This document shows positions 34,147-42,209 of a DNA stretch of 50,159 nt, in pieces. The number at the start of each line of letters is the position of its first letter. Position 1 is the stretch's first letter. The stretch lies in IMG/VR virus record IMGVR_UViG_3300045988_109785; one strand, 5' to 3'. The notes beneath the pieces are model-generated. The model made no database searches and had not been told where the DNA came from. It saw only the letters and a list, made by a program, of their open reading frames with translations. This DNA is from a virus. Both the position numbers and the translations under genes were made by a program.

Positions 34147-35166
34147 ATGAGATACTATGGAATTGAGCCCATGCTCATTGACCTCAAGAGTCGAGGGGAG
34201 CGGGTAGCCCATATTTATATTAAGGACCACAAGGCCCAGTATGACTTTGTGGGTGATGGGGTCTCTCAGGCACACCACCTGCGCAACCTGGGAGAGGCTG
34301 CCCAGTGTGTGATAGGGACTCTTGCTGACCGAGGAGAGGTGTGGATTGGGCTCGAAGGGCCTGCCATCTACAGCTATTTGCCCTCGACCGAGGCCGGACT
34401 CCTGTATTTCGGAGAGGTAAAACTGGTTACTTTGCCGAACGACCGTCGCAAAGTTCGCTATCCAGTAGTTCAATTCGAGGATGGAACGGTCTGCCAGAAG
34501 CTTTCGGACTTCCTGGAGTACTTCAAACTGGAGAATAACTACAGCAATCGAGGCAAAGTGATGAGGTGGCTGAGCTCTCTGGACGGTCCCACAACCAAAC
34601 TTCGGACCCGAAAACAGAAATTTGACCGAAAAAAGGTCATAAACTTGGAGATGGGGACCAACCGCTTTGGAAAACCCACAGCAATTCTGCACTATCGAAG
34701 ACTTCCGGCTATGGTCGGACTCAAGCCGATGCTTGATACATTCCCTGATTTGACCCCTACTCAGGTTCAAGAGCTCTACAGTGACTATGGAATTGCCCTT
34801 CCGGGTACCTTCAAGAGGGCCTTCAAGGAACGCAAACAGCCTGACCCCGACCCTGTGGACGGTGAACCTGATGGGTCCATCCCCTTGGACGAACGTCCAC
34901 TACGTATCCCAGAGCCCTACCAGCCCTTGGACGAGGAAATTCAGCCACCAGACAAGAAGGTCCTGTGGGGGTATATCCACGCAACAGGCCTTTATCCTCG
35001 TCGAGGGAAGGTCATGGGCAGCAATCCCATCCACGTGGGAGATATACCTATTAAAAATGAGAAGGAGCTGAAGAAGTTCTTGGAGCAGTGGAGGTATAGC
35101 ATCGATGACAAACTGCTCCACAAGCTGTGGAACTTCGTCTTGGAAGGGAACGGTGAACAGCAATGA
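34147..35166 (+). CDS. hypothetical protein (first rightward gene, adjacent to the iterons)
   Basis: 339 aa; SD AAAGGAGGGAAG; no motif recognised. Confidence 0.6.
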   Translation: MRYYGIEPMLIDLKSRGERVAHIYIKDHKAQYDFVGDGVSQAHHLRNLGEAAQCVIGTLADRGEVWIGLEGPAIYSYLPSTEAGLLYFGEVKLVTLPNDRRKVRYPVVQFEDGTVCQKLSDFLEYFKLENNYSNRGKVMRWLSSLDGPTTKLRTRKQKFDRKKVINLEMGTNRFGKPTAILHYRRLPAMVGLKPMLDTFPDLTPTQVQELYSDYGIALPGTFKRAFKERKQPDPDPVDGEPDGSIPLDERPLRIPEPYQPLDEEIQPPDKKVLWGYIHATGLYPRRGKVMGSNPIHVGDIPIKNEKELKKFLEQWRYSIDDKLLHKLWNFVLEGNGEQQ

Positions 35167-35714
35167 AAATCTGGGAAACGTTCACCAACCAACAGCAATG
35201 GAAGGAGTACCTTCAGAATCTCGTTCGAACCAACAAGAAGGCCCTCTACAGAGCCATAGTGGTCATCGCTGAGTACCAGACCCCAGAAGAGAAAGCCTGG
35301 GGGATGACCATCGACCACAATGGAGTTGGCTTCGGAGCTGTGGACGCAGAGATGATGACTGCTTTGGCCCTCAGGCTCAAGAATGGTGGAGAGCTGACCG
35401 AGAGGGAGTTGGCCATCTGCAGAAACAAGATGCCGAAGTACTGGAGACAACTTATGATTCTTTCGAAAAGGAGAATGGAACATGAAAGGCAAACATCAGT
35501 TGAAGGCCGAGAGGTTCGGTCAGAAGGTGGGCAAGGTCCTGGCCTGGGTAGTGATAGTCTCCCCGGTGTTCCTGCTGGCAGCCCTGCTCCTGCTCAACAG
35601 CAAAGTGGACAAGCTGGGGGAGCAGGTGTATCAGCTGCAGGGCCAGATGGCCTACCTGGAGGAGAGACTGGAGTCCCTGGAGAGAGTCGAGGCCGAGGAG
35701 GAACAGATTGTTGA
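35163..35714 (+). CDS. hypothetical protein with a long out-of-phase overlap into the next gene
   Basis: 183-aa ORF. The first ~105 aa look protein-like; the last ~77 aa (G/P/S/R-rich) overlap 35482..36159. Confidence 0.5.
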   Translation: MKIWETFTNQQQWKEYLQNLVRTNKKALYRAIVVIAEYQTPEEKAWGMTIDHNGVGFGAVDAEMMTALALRLKNGGELTERELAICRNKMPKYWRQLMILSKRRMEHERQTSVEGREVRSEGGQGPGLGSDSLPGVPAGSPAPAQQQSGQAGGAGVSAAGPDGLPGGETGVPGESRGRGGTDC

Positions 35715-36159
35715 GGGAGTAGCAAGAAACCCCCATGCTCCTGGGTCCTCTGTCACCTGGGATGACCTCTACCCACCCACAGAGGAAGAACTCACTATCC
35801 TGGCCAAGGTAGTCTACAGGGAGGCTCGGGGTATCGGGGACAAGGCCCATCAGGCAGCAGTCATCTGGTGCATTCTCAATCGAGTGGATGCAGGGCTTGG
35901 GGGAGATACAATAACCGAGGTGGCTACATACCCCAACGCATTTGCCTGGGTGCCTGATACCCCTGTGGAACAGGAGTTCCTGATGCTGGCAGCGGATGTC
36001 TGTGAGAGGTGGAACTTGGAGAAGGCTGGGCAGGACGATGTAGGGAGAGTGCTCCCCAAGGAGTACCTCTACTTCACAGGGGATGGAGAGCTCAATCACT
36101 TTACAACCGAGTGGAAAGGGACCGAGACTTGGGACTGGTCTCTCAAGAGTCCTTATTAA
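35482..36159 (+). CDS. membrane-anchored cell-wall hydrolase (SleB / Hydrolase_2-like)
   Basis: N-terminal TM (VLAWVVIVSPVFLLAALLLL), a coiled coil, then LAKVVYREARGIGDKAHQAAVIWCILNRV, typical of SleB-family hydrolases. Confidence 0.65.
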   Translation: MKGKHQLKAERFGQKVGKVLAWVVIVSPVFLLAALLLLNSKVDKLGEQVYQLQGQMAYLEERLESLERVEAEEEQIVEGVARNPHAPGSSVTWDDLYPPTEEELTILAKVVYREARGIGDKAHQAAVIWCILNRVDAGLGGDTITEVATYPNAFAWVPDTPVEQEFLMLAADVCERWNLEKAGQDDVGRVLPKEYLYFTGDGELNHFTTEWKGTETWDWSLKSPY

Positions 36160-36173
36160 GGAGGGAGGACAAG

Positions 36174-36575
36174 ATGAAGGTACAGCCTTACCTCAGGGAG
36201 TACAACTGGATTAGATGCTGTGAGGTAGGTATCGAGTACAAGAAGCTGGTGAGGTCCATCGCTGAGCTCCAGTGGGGCAGGTCCACCCTGTTCATCCACA
36301 AGACCAAAGGGAAGTCGACCTACACCATCACTGACAAGAACTCGGGCATGGCAGTCCTGGAGGGACTCAAGGAGCCCACCGTGAGAGCAGCAAGGCTCTA
36401 CCTGGCCCGTAACCTGACCGATGAGCAGGACAAGGCTTTGGACATGCTGCCCAGCCAGAGGCTGCTCAAGGCATACCACAGGAGGAGGCTTGGGGACCTT
36501 CCTTATAGAAAGGATGTGGAGCAGGATATACTCTTCGCTCTGCAGGGTATCATGACCTCCGGAGACCCATTTTGA
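36174..36575 (+). CDS. hypothetical protein
   Basis: ATG 36174 after AAGGAGGGAGG; 133 aa. Confidence 0.55.
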   Translation: MKVQPYLREYNWIRCCEVGIEYKKLVRSIAELQWGRSTLFIHKTKGKSTYTITDKNSGMAVLEGLKEPTVRAARLYLARNLTDEQDKALDMLPSQRLLKAYHRRRLGDLPYRKDVEQDILFALQGIMTSGDPF

Positions 36576-36587
36576 AAGGAGAACACC

Positions 36588-36818
36588 ATGTTTGGAAAGA
36601 AGAAGATAAAGGTTACTCTGCAGCCCCTGCCTGAGTCCACACTGAGACATGTTCAAGAACTGGACCGACTGGCAACTGAGATACAGGCTTTGACTGGTTA
36701 CTCCCTGGAAGAGCTCAAGGGCCTCTTCGCTGCTGGGTACACCCTGGAGGCTCCGAAGCAGATATCTATACAGGAGTTCCTGGGGGACCTGAAGAAAGAG
36801 ACCTATGAGAGTATGTAA
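36588..36818 (+). CDS. hypothetical protein
   Basis: 76 aa; SD AAAGGAGAAC. Confidence 0.5.
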   Translation: MFGKKKIKVTLQPLPESTLRHVQELDRLATEIQALTGYSLEELKGLFAAGYTLEAPKQISIQEFLGDLKKETYESM

Positions 36819-36827
36819 CCGACAAGA

Positions 36828-36862
36828 GTGGGAGGGTCGAGAGGCCCTCTCATTTTTTTTTT
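36828..36862 (+). terminator. Rho-independent terminator
   Basis: TGGGAGGG-tcgagag-(g)CCCTCTCA followed by T10. Confidence 0.8.
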
Positions 36863-36883
36863 GAAATTTTTCTCTCGAACCCA

Positions 36884-36912
36884 TTTACAAACTCGTACGA
36901 GAGTCTTATAAT
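36884..36912 (+). promoter_or_regulatory. Conserved early promoter ACCCATTTACA-N17-TATAAT
   Basis: tttaca 36884..36889; tataat 36907..36912; upstream TTTTTCTCTCGA. Confidence 0.7.
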
Positions 36913-36967
36913 ACAACCATACTGAACAACACCTCACCAACTCAACATCTCAAGGAGGAACTTAAAA

Positions 36968-37864
36968 ATGACTGACATCAGAACTGCTACCTGGACCAAC
37001 ATCGGCTACGACATCAAGAAGGCCAAGACTGTGGAAGAAGCCCTGAAGCTGTCCCACCTGGACTACACTGTGGAGAAGGTCCCTGTCTTCCTGGAGGACG
37101 GAACCTCCATCCCCGGGGCCTTCTGCACCAAGAAGGAAGCCTCCACCCAGACCTTCGGAGTGGTCGGCAAGGAGTTCTCCATCATCCAGAACATCGAAGG
37201 CTTCGACTTCATCAACGCTCTGGTCGGAGAGGGCCTGACCTTCCTCAAGGCTGGCGAGAACAAGAAGATGGTCTGGATTATCGGCCAGCTTCCCACCATC
37301 GACATCCTGGGCGACAAGGTTACTCCCCATGTCATCTTCCAGAACTCCCACAGTGGCAACACCACCCTGAAGGCCACCATCGCTCCCCTCCGCATCATCT
37401 GCCAGAACCAGTTCAACATCACCTTCCGGAAGGCTGATAACAAGATTAGCCTCCGGCATACCTCTTCCATCAAGGAACGTCTCCACACTGCTGAGACTGT
37501 CCTGGCTCAGAACTCCATCTACCTGGACGCCTTCAAGGCCAAGGCTGGGGAGATGGCTTCCCACAAGGTCTCCAAGAAGACTGTGGACTCCTTCCTGGAC
37601 GGAATCTTCGAAATCAAGCCTGAGTTCAACCCCACTCAGACCAAGAGAGTAGAGGAGAAGAGGGCCCGCTTCCTGGCTGCTTACCAGGCTGAGGACAACC
37701 AGAACTTCATCGGCACTCAGTGGGGCCTGGTCAACGCCTACACCGACTACGTGACCCACAGGGAGCTCAAGAAGGACACTCCCACTGCTCTGGAGAACCA
37801 CTTCATCAAGACCACTCTGAAGGGCTCGATGAACGAATTCATCCACCAGGTCTCTAAGCTCTAA
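36968..37864 (+). CDS. DUF932 / phage-plasmid TIGR03299-like protein
   Basis: 298 aa; N-terminal WTNIGYDI...TVEEALKLSHLDYTVEK, a central NSHSGNTTLKATIAPLRIICQNQ, and a C-terminal NAYTDYVTHRE pattern. Confidence 0.6.
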   Translation: MTDIRTATWTNIGYDIKKAKTVEEALKLSHLDYTVEKVPVFLEDGTSIPGAFCTKKEASTQTFGVVGKEFSIIQNIEGFDFINALVGEGLTFLKAGENKKMVWIIGQLPTIDILGDKVTPHVIFQNSHSGNTTLKATIAPLRIICQNQFNITFRKADNKISLRHTSSIKERLHTAETVLAQNSIYLDAFKAKAGEMASHKVSKKTVDSFLDGIFEIKPEFNPTQTKRVEEKRARFLAAYQAEDNQNFIGTQWGLVNAYTDYVTHRELKKDTPTALENHFIKTTLKGSMNEFIHQVSKL

Positions 37865-37874
37865 GCTGTGGAAA

Positions 37875-37909
37875 GGGATGGGGGCTTCGGCCCCCTCCCT
37901 AAAATTTTC
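37875..37909 (+). terminator. Rho-independent terminator
   Basis: GGGATGGGGGC-ttcg-GCCCCCTCCC followed by taaaatttt. Confidence 0.7.
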
Positions 37910-37921
37910 TCTTCGAACCCA

Positions 37922-37950
37922 TTTACATTCTCTCGGCCATCTCTTATAAT
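37922..37950 (+). promoter_or_regulatory. Conserved early promoter ACCCATTTACA-N17-TATAAT
   Basis: tttaca 37922..37927; tataat 37945..37950. Confidence 0.7.
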
Positions 37951-37980
37951 AGGGGTATAAACAAAAGGGAGGTCCACCTC

Positions 37981-38334
37981 ATGACTAAGCTGGAAATTTA
38001 CGACTACATTCTTCACTACGATATTCGGTCTCTGGCCGACCGACTGGAGAAGCTTCTGTCTGAGGACCGCATCACTGGTGGGGCTTGCTACTACGTGTAC
38101 AATCCCTACGAGTTCTACCCCCTAAAGCAGGTCCTGGAGCTCTCCGCTAAGGCCTGCAAGTCCAAGAACTATTTCCGGTGCATCAAGAGAGTGGATAGCA
38201 TCACCTTCAACATCTGGCTGGAAGGCTTCAAGGAGGACATCGCTAGAACCGAAGCTTTCCTGGCTGAGCAGGAGGCCCTTCCCTTCGAACAGTCCCAGAA
38301 ACAAGTGCTCATTCAGAAAGGAGAACTCAAATGA
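37981..38334 (+). CDS. hypothetical protein
   Basis: 117 aa; SD AAGGGAGGTCC. Confidence 0.55.
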   Translation: MTKLEIYDYILHYDIRSLADRLEKLLSEDRITGGACYYVYNPYEFYPLKQVLELSAKACKSKNYFRCIKRVDSITFNIWLEGFKEDIARTEAFLAEQEALPFEQSQKQVLIQKGELK

Positions 38335-38549
38335 ACAACTCTACCAACAACAAGGTCGTATCCATCTACTCCCAGGAGGATGACTTCAAGGTCCTCCATC
38401 AGATGCTTAACTCCCCTCAGCAGGAGGCTCGGAGACAGGCCCGTCGGAAGCAAAACCGAATCTATCGCCTTCGGGTTAAGGCCCTCCACATCGGAGGCAT
38501 CTTCTCTGCCGGAATGGCCTTCATGTACCTGCTCATTCACCTGGTCTAA
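38331..38549 (+). CDS. small protein with a C-terminal TM segment
   Basis: 72 aa; ATGA coupling; IGGIFSAGMAFMYLLIHLV. Confidence 0.5.
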   Translation: MNNSTNNKVVSIYSQEDDFKVLHQMLNSPQQEARRQARRKQNRIYRLRVKALHIGGIFSAGMAFMYLLIHLV

Positions 38550-38561
38550 GGAGGTGCTACC

Positions 38562-39407
38562 ATGAAACCTGAGCTTAATCGCAACAGGGTCCTCGGCTCC
38601 CTGCTTGGCTTTGCCATCGGGGATGCCATGGGGGCAACCACAGAGTTCATGTCCCAGAGGGAAATCTACCAGAAGTACGGGGAGGTCAAGGACATCATCG
38701 GAGAAGGCTGGCTGAACCTCAAGCCCGGGGAGGTCACCGACGACACTCAGATGATGACCATCGTGGCCAAGGCCCGAATGAACAGCCTGGAGACCTTCAC
38801 CAGGGATTGCTGCACTGGCTTTGTGGACTGGCTCAGCGGGGGTCCTAAGGACGTAGGAGGGGCCTGTAAGGCCGCAATCCTCCAGGGGGGTAGGAAATCC
38901 CCGGATGAGTGGATGAGGCTCTCTATGGAGCGCCAGGAGGCCAACCAGCGGCTTGACCTGGGCAACGGGGCAGTGATGAGGGCTCTGTTCCTGGCCCTGA
39001 ATGATGAGCCCAACCTGGCAGTTCACCAGGGGCGCCTGACCCACAACAACCCCACTTCGGACAGGTACATCAGAGACTACTGCTACGCTGTCTACAGGGC
39101 TCTGTTCTTCCCAACCCTGTGGGCAGGGGACGAAGACCATCTGGAACTGATGGCACCCACAGGACACGTAGAGAACTCGGTGAACAACGCCATCTACTGG
39201 AGCTTCAACGCTTTGAACTTCAGGGATGCCATCATCGGTCCGGTCAACCATGGGGGAGATGCTGACACCATCGCTGCCTTGACTGGGGGGATAGCCGGAG
39301 CTCACTTCGGGGCTAACCACATTCCCAGGAAGTGGATAGAGGCTCTCGACCCCCATGTGGTCAAAGACCTCCAGGACATGGCCGACTGGCTCATGGAAAA
39401 CCAGTAA
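38562..39407 (+). CDS. ADP-ribosylglycohydrolase (ARH/DraG family)
   Basis: LGFAIGDAMGATTEF, GEVTDDTQM and GGDADTIAALTGGIAGAHFG are family hallmark motifs. Confidence 0.85.
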   Translation: MKPELNRNRVLGSLLGFAIGDAMGATTEFMSQREIYQKYGEVKDIIGEGWLNLKPGEVTDDTQMMTIVAKARMNSLETFTRDCCTGFVDWLSGGPKDVGGACKAAILQGGRKSPDEWMRLSMERQEANQRLDLGNGAVMRALFLALNDEPNLAVHQGRLTHNNPTSDRYIRDYCYAVYRALFFPTLWAGDEDHLELMAPTGHVENSVNNAIYWSFNALNFRDAIIGPVNHGGDADTIAALTGGIAGAHFGANHIPRKWIEALDPHVVKDLQDMADWLMENQ

Positions 39408-39412
39408 GAGAA

Positions 39413-39443
39413 GGGGCTCTCGAAAGAGGGCCTCTTTTTCTTT
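39413..39443 (+). terminator. Rho-independent terminator
   Basis: GGGGCTCTC-gaaa-GAGGGCCTC followed by TTTTTCTTT. Confidence 0.7.
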
Positions 39444-39464
39444 GAGAAATTTTCGACGAACCCA

Positions 39465-39493
39465 TTTACAAACGCCAACCGTTCTCATATAAT
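39465..39493 (+). promoter_or_regulatory. Conserved early promoter ACCCATTTACA-N17-TATAAT
   Basis: tttaca 39465..39470; tataat 39488..39493. Confidence 0.7.
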
Positions 39494-39541
39494 GTAACTG
39501 TAAATAAAACCACATCCACTCTACCAACTGGAGGTTACATC

Positions 39542-40204
39542 ATGGAGAAGAACATCATTTCCAAAATCAAGAAGCTGCTGGCTCTGGCTGGCAACAACCC
39601 CTCTGAGGCTGAGGCCCAGGCTGCTATGCTGAAGGCCCAACAGCTGATGGCTCAGCACAACCTGGACATGGCTCAGTTCGAAGAGGCTGGCAAGGTCAAG
39701 AAGGAAGCTGTCAAGGATTATGTGGAAGGCTACCACAACACCAACTGGGCCATCCGCCTGGCTCAGGTCATCTGCAACAACTTCCGCTGCAATCTCCTTC
39801 GGGCTCCTCACTACGGCCTGGTCTTTGTGGGACTCAAGGAGGACGTGGCTATCTGCAAGGCTGTCTTCACCTTCGCTGCTCAGACCCTGGACAAGAACAT
39901 GAAGAAGCTCCGGAGACAGTACCGGAAGGCAGGCAAGCCCACTGATGGAATCTCTGGAGACTACTCTGCTGGCTTCATCGCTGGACTCCAGGCCAAGTAC
40001 AAGGAGCAGGTGGACAAGAACAACTGGGGCCTGGTACTGGTCAAGGACGCCCTGGTCGAACAGTTCACCAAGGACCTCATCGACCCCAAGGGCAAGAGAA
40101 CCTCTGGCAAGAAGCTGAAGCAGTCTGGAGACCCCGGCCTCTACGCCCAGGGCTACCTGGACGGCAAGTCCCTGGGGGATGACCAGAAGGCCATCACTGC
40201 TTAA
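39542..40204 (+). CDS. DUF2786-domain protein
   Basis: KIKKLLALAGNNPSEAEAQAAMLKAQQLMAQHNL is the typical DUF2786 N-terminus. Confidence 0.6.
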   Translation: MEKNIISKIKKLLALAGNNPSEAEAQAAMLKAQQLMAQHNLDMAQFEEAGKVKKEAVKDYVEGYHNTNWAIRLAQVICNNFRCNLLRAPHYGLVFVGLKEDVAICKAVFTFAAQTLDKNMKKLRRQYRKAGKPTDGISGDYSAGFIAGLQAKYKEQVDKNNWGLVLVKDALVEQFTKDLIDPKGKRTSGKKLKQSGDPGLYAQGYLDGKSLGDDQKAITA

Positions 40205-40216
40205 GGAGGAGACATC

Positions 40217-40435
40217 ATGGGAAGACACTTCTACACCAACCAGGAAGTCCTGGAAGAGGCTCGGGTCCTCATCCACACACCAGGAGCTTCCACCTACACT
40301 GTGGCTGAGAAGCTGGACAGGCCTCAGGCTACAATCTGGTGGCACCTCAACCACAGACTCCCGGAGCTTGACCTGGTCCTTTTCCATCAGGTGAGGGTCA
40401 TCCTGAGACAGAACTACAGGGGCGGGGGAAGATAA
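40217..40435 (+). CDS. SpoIIID-like HTH transcriptional regulator
   Basis: 72 aa; TVAEKLDRPQATIWWHLNHRLPELDLVLFHQVRVIL parallels B. subtilis SpoIIID (...VSKSTVHKDLTERLPEINPDLANEVKEIL). Confidence 0.6.
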   Translation: MGRHFYTNQEVLEEARVLIHTPGASTYTVAEKLDRPQATIWWHLNHRLPELDLVLFHQVRVILRQNYRGGGR

Positions 40436-40441
40436 TCAAGG

Positions 40442-40470
40442 GGGGGGCCTTCGGGCCCTCCAAGAGTTTT
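40442..40470 (+). terminator. hairpin terminator (weak T tail)
   Basis: GGGGGGCC-ttcg-GGCCCTCC followed by aagagtttt. Confidence 0.5.
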
Positions 40471-40474
40471 AGTG

Positions 40475-40503
40475 TGGACAAAATCCAAGTCTTGATATAT
40501 AAT
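40475..40503 (+). promoter_or_regulatory. Promoter TGGACA-N17-TATAAT
   Basis: tggaca 40475..40480; tataat 40498..40503. Confidence 0.55.
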
Positions 40504-40523
40504 AGGGATTAAGGAGGAAAACC

Positions 40524-40961
40524 ATGAGCAAGAAACGTAAAATCCCAGTAAAGCCCAGTCTCATTCGAGGTACCCACTACCTTACCGAGGCCGGAGTGGA
40601 GGCTGATGAAATAAGGACTCTCATCCTCAGGAGAAGGCTGCAGGTCCTCGTTCATTCCTGCATCTACTATGTGTTCAACGAGAACATCATCCCTGACTCC
40701 ACATGGAGTGCTTGGGCGAGGGAGCTGGCTGAGCTTCAGGAGAAGTACCCTTCCATCGCTGCCCGAGTGGACTACGCCAAGGAGTTCCAAGGCTTTGATG
40801 GCAGTACTGGCTTCCACCTTCCTACCCGCAATCTTGAGATTATGGCCAAGGCTCAGTACCTCCTAAAAATCAGAAAGGAGAAAGCCAATGTTAGAGACTC
40901 TGGACACCAAGCTCATCGAGCAGACACTCCAAGTACTGTCGTTCGAATCTGCTTTCCATGA
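40524..40961 (+). CDS. hypothetical protein
   Basis: 145 aa. IYYVFNENIIPDSTWSAWARELAELQEKYP is reminiscent of the LigA Ia-type helical motif. The 3' end overlaps the next gene by 74 nt. Confidence 0.5.
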   Translation: MSKKRKIPVKPSLIRGTHYLTEAGVEADEIRTLILRRRLQVLVHSCIYYVFNENIIPDSTWSAWARELAELQEKYPSIAARVDYAKEFQGFDGSTGFHLPTRNLEIMAKAQYLLKIRKEKANVRDSGHQAHRADTPSTVVRICFP

Positions 40962-41439
40962 CCCACACTGGAGGGAGTTCGTCGAGACAGCCTACAGGGT
41001 ATGTGTTCCTCTGGACTTCTACCTCATGCCTGCCAGTATGTCGGGGAAGCATCACCAGGGGTATGAGCTTGGAGTTGGGGGACTGGTGAGACACACCAAG
41101 GCGGCCATGATTGTGGCCAAGACCCTGTTCCCCCTGTACCACTATCAGGACCACGAGCAGGACCTTCTCATGGCTGCCTTGGCCCTGCACGACATTGCCA
41201 AGCCCAGCAAGACCCACCCTGTGGAAGTGAGACCCTTGCTTGAGCCCATCGAGAACGACTACTACAACGAGATTGAGAAGGTAGTCCCCCTCATCGAGAC
41301 CCATCATGGACAATGGGACTGCTTTGGCAAACTGCCCAGACCCAAGTCCTCCAAGCAGAACTTCGTCCATCTCTGCGACTACATCGCCTCTCGCAAGAAC
41401 ATTGCGATTGACATCAACTATCAGGAGGAGAACACATGA
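40888..41439 (+). CDS. HD-domain phosphohydrolase
   Basis: SGKHH...LVRH...ALHDIAKP...ETHHG pattern (H..HD..H). Confidence 0.7.
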   Translation: MLETLDTKLIEQTLQVLSFESAFHDPHWREFVETAYRVCVPLDFYLMPASMSGKHHQGYELGVGGLVRHTKAAMIVAKTLFPLYHYQDHEQDLLMAALALHDIAKPSKTHPVEVRPLLEPIENDYYNEIEKVVPLIETHHGQWDCFGKLPRPKSSKQNFVHLCDYIASRKNIAIDINYQEENT

Positions 41440-42104
41440 AAGTCATCCATCCCTATGTCAACCCCCAGATGCTCCCTCCCCGAAAGGTCCTGTATGGCCT
41501 TCTGGAGGCCGCAGGGAGAACCTGCTACCTGTCTGAGAGAGTGGAGGGGGACACCACAGAAAAGTTCATCCAGCGGCTCATGAAGCGCAAGCACTGGTCT
41601 GTTCTGGAGCACGGGAACCTCTCCGTTCGTATTGTCTGCGACCGTGGTGTAACCCATGAACTGGTCCGCCACAGAATCGCCTCCTACTCCCAGGAGAGCA
41701 CCCGGTACTGCAACTACTCCGGGGACAAGTTCGGTGGGGAGATTAAGGTCATTGACCTGGCTACTGGCTTCAAGTACGACCTGGACAATCCTCAGGACCG
41801 GGCCAAGTATGAGGAGTGGATGGCCGCTATGAAGGACGCGGAGAGGCACTACATGAAGATGCTGGAGCTGGGGGCTACTCCTCAGGAAGCCCGCTCTGTG
41901 CTGCCCACAAGCACCAAGACTGAGATTGTGGTCACGATGAACGTACGGGAGTGGAGACACTTCCTGGAGATGCGTTGGGTCGGTGTGGCAGGAACCCCCC
42001 ACCCTCAGATGCGGGAGATTGCCGAACAGGTCTATGACCTGCTGGCTCTGCACTATCCCATCCTCTTTGAGGACCTGAAGGGCTCTATCAAGAGAGCTCA
42101 GTAA
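41436..42104 (+). CDS. thyX: flavin-dependent thymidylate synthase ThyX
   Basis: ThyX signature RHRIASYSQESTRY. Confidence 0.85.
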   Translation: MKVIHPYVNPQMLPPRKVLYGLLEAAGRTCYLSERVEGDTTEKFIQRLMKRKHWSVLEHGNLSVRIVCDRGVTHELVRHRIASYSQESTRYCNYSGDKFGGEIKVIDLATGFKYDLDNPQDRAKYEEWMAAMKDAERHYMKMLELGATPQEARSVLPTSTKTEIVVTMNVREWRHFLEMRWVGVAGTPHPQMREIAEQVYDLLALHYPILFEDLKGSIKRAQ

Positions 42105-42123
42105 ACCTCAAGAGTTTAGCTCA

Positions 42124-42152
42124 TTTACAACCCCATTTTCTTATGGTATTAT
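42124..42152 (+). promoter_or_regulatory. Promoter CTCATTTACA-N17-TATTAT
   Basis: tttaca 42124..42129; tattat 42147..42152. Confidence 0.6.
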
Positions 42153-42209
42153 ATAAGCATCCCACAAGGGAGTAAATTACCTACTCAACATAATAAGGAG
42201 GAAAACACA

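Noticed and set aside
36871-36883. TCGAACCC in several promoter upstream regions (its reverse complement GGGTTCGA resembles a tRNA T-loop).
   Set aside because: There is no flanking stem or cloverleaf. The sequence recurs as part of the conserved promoter cassette.
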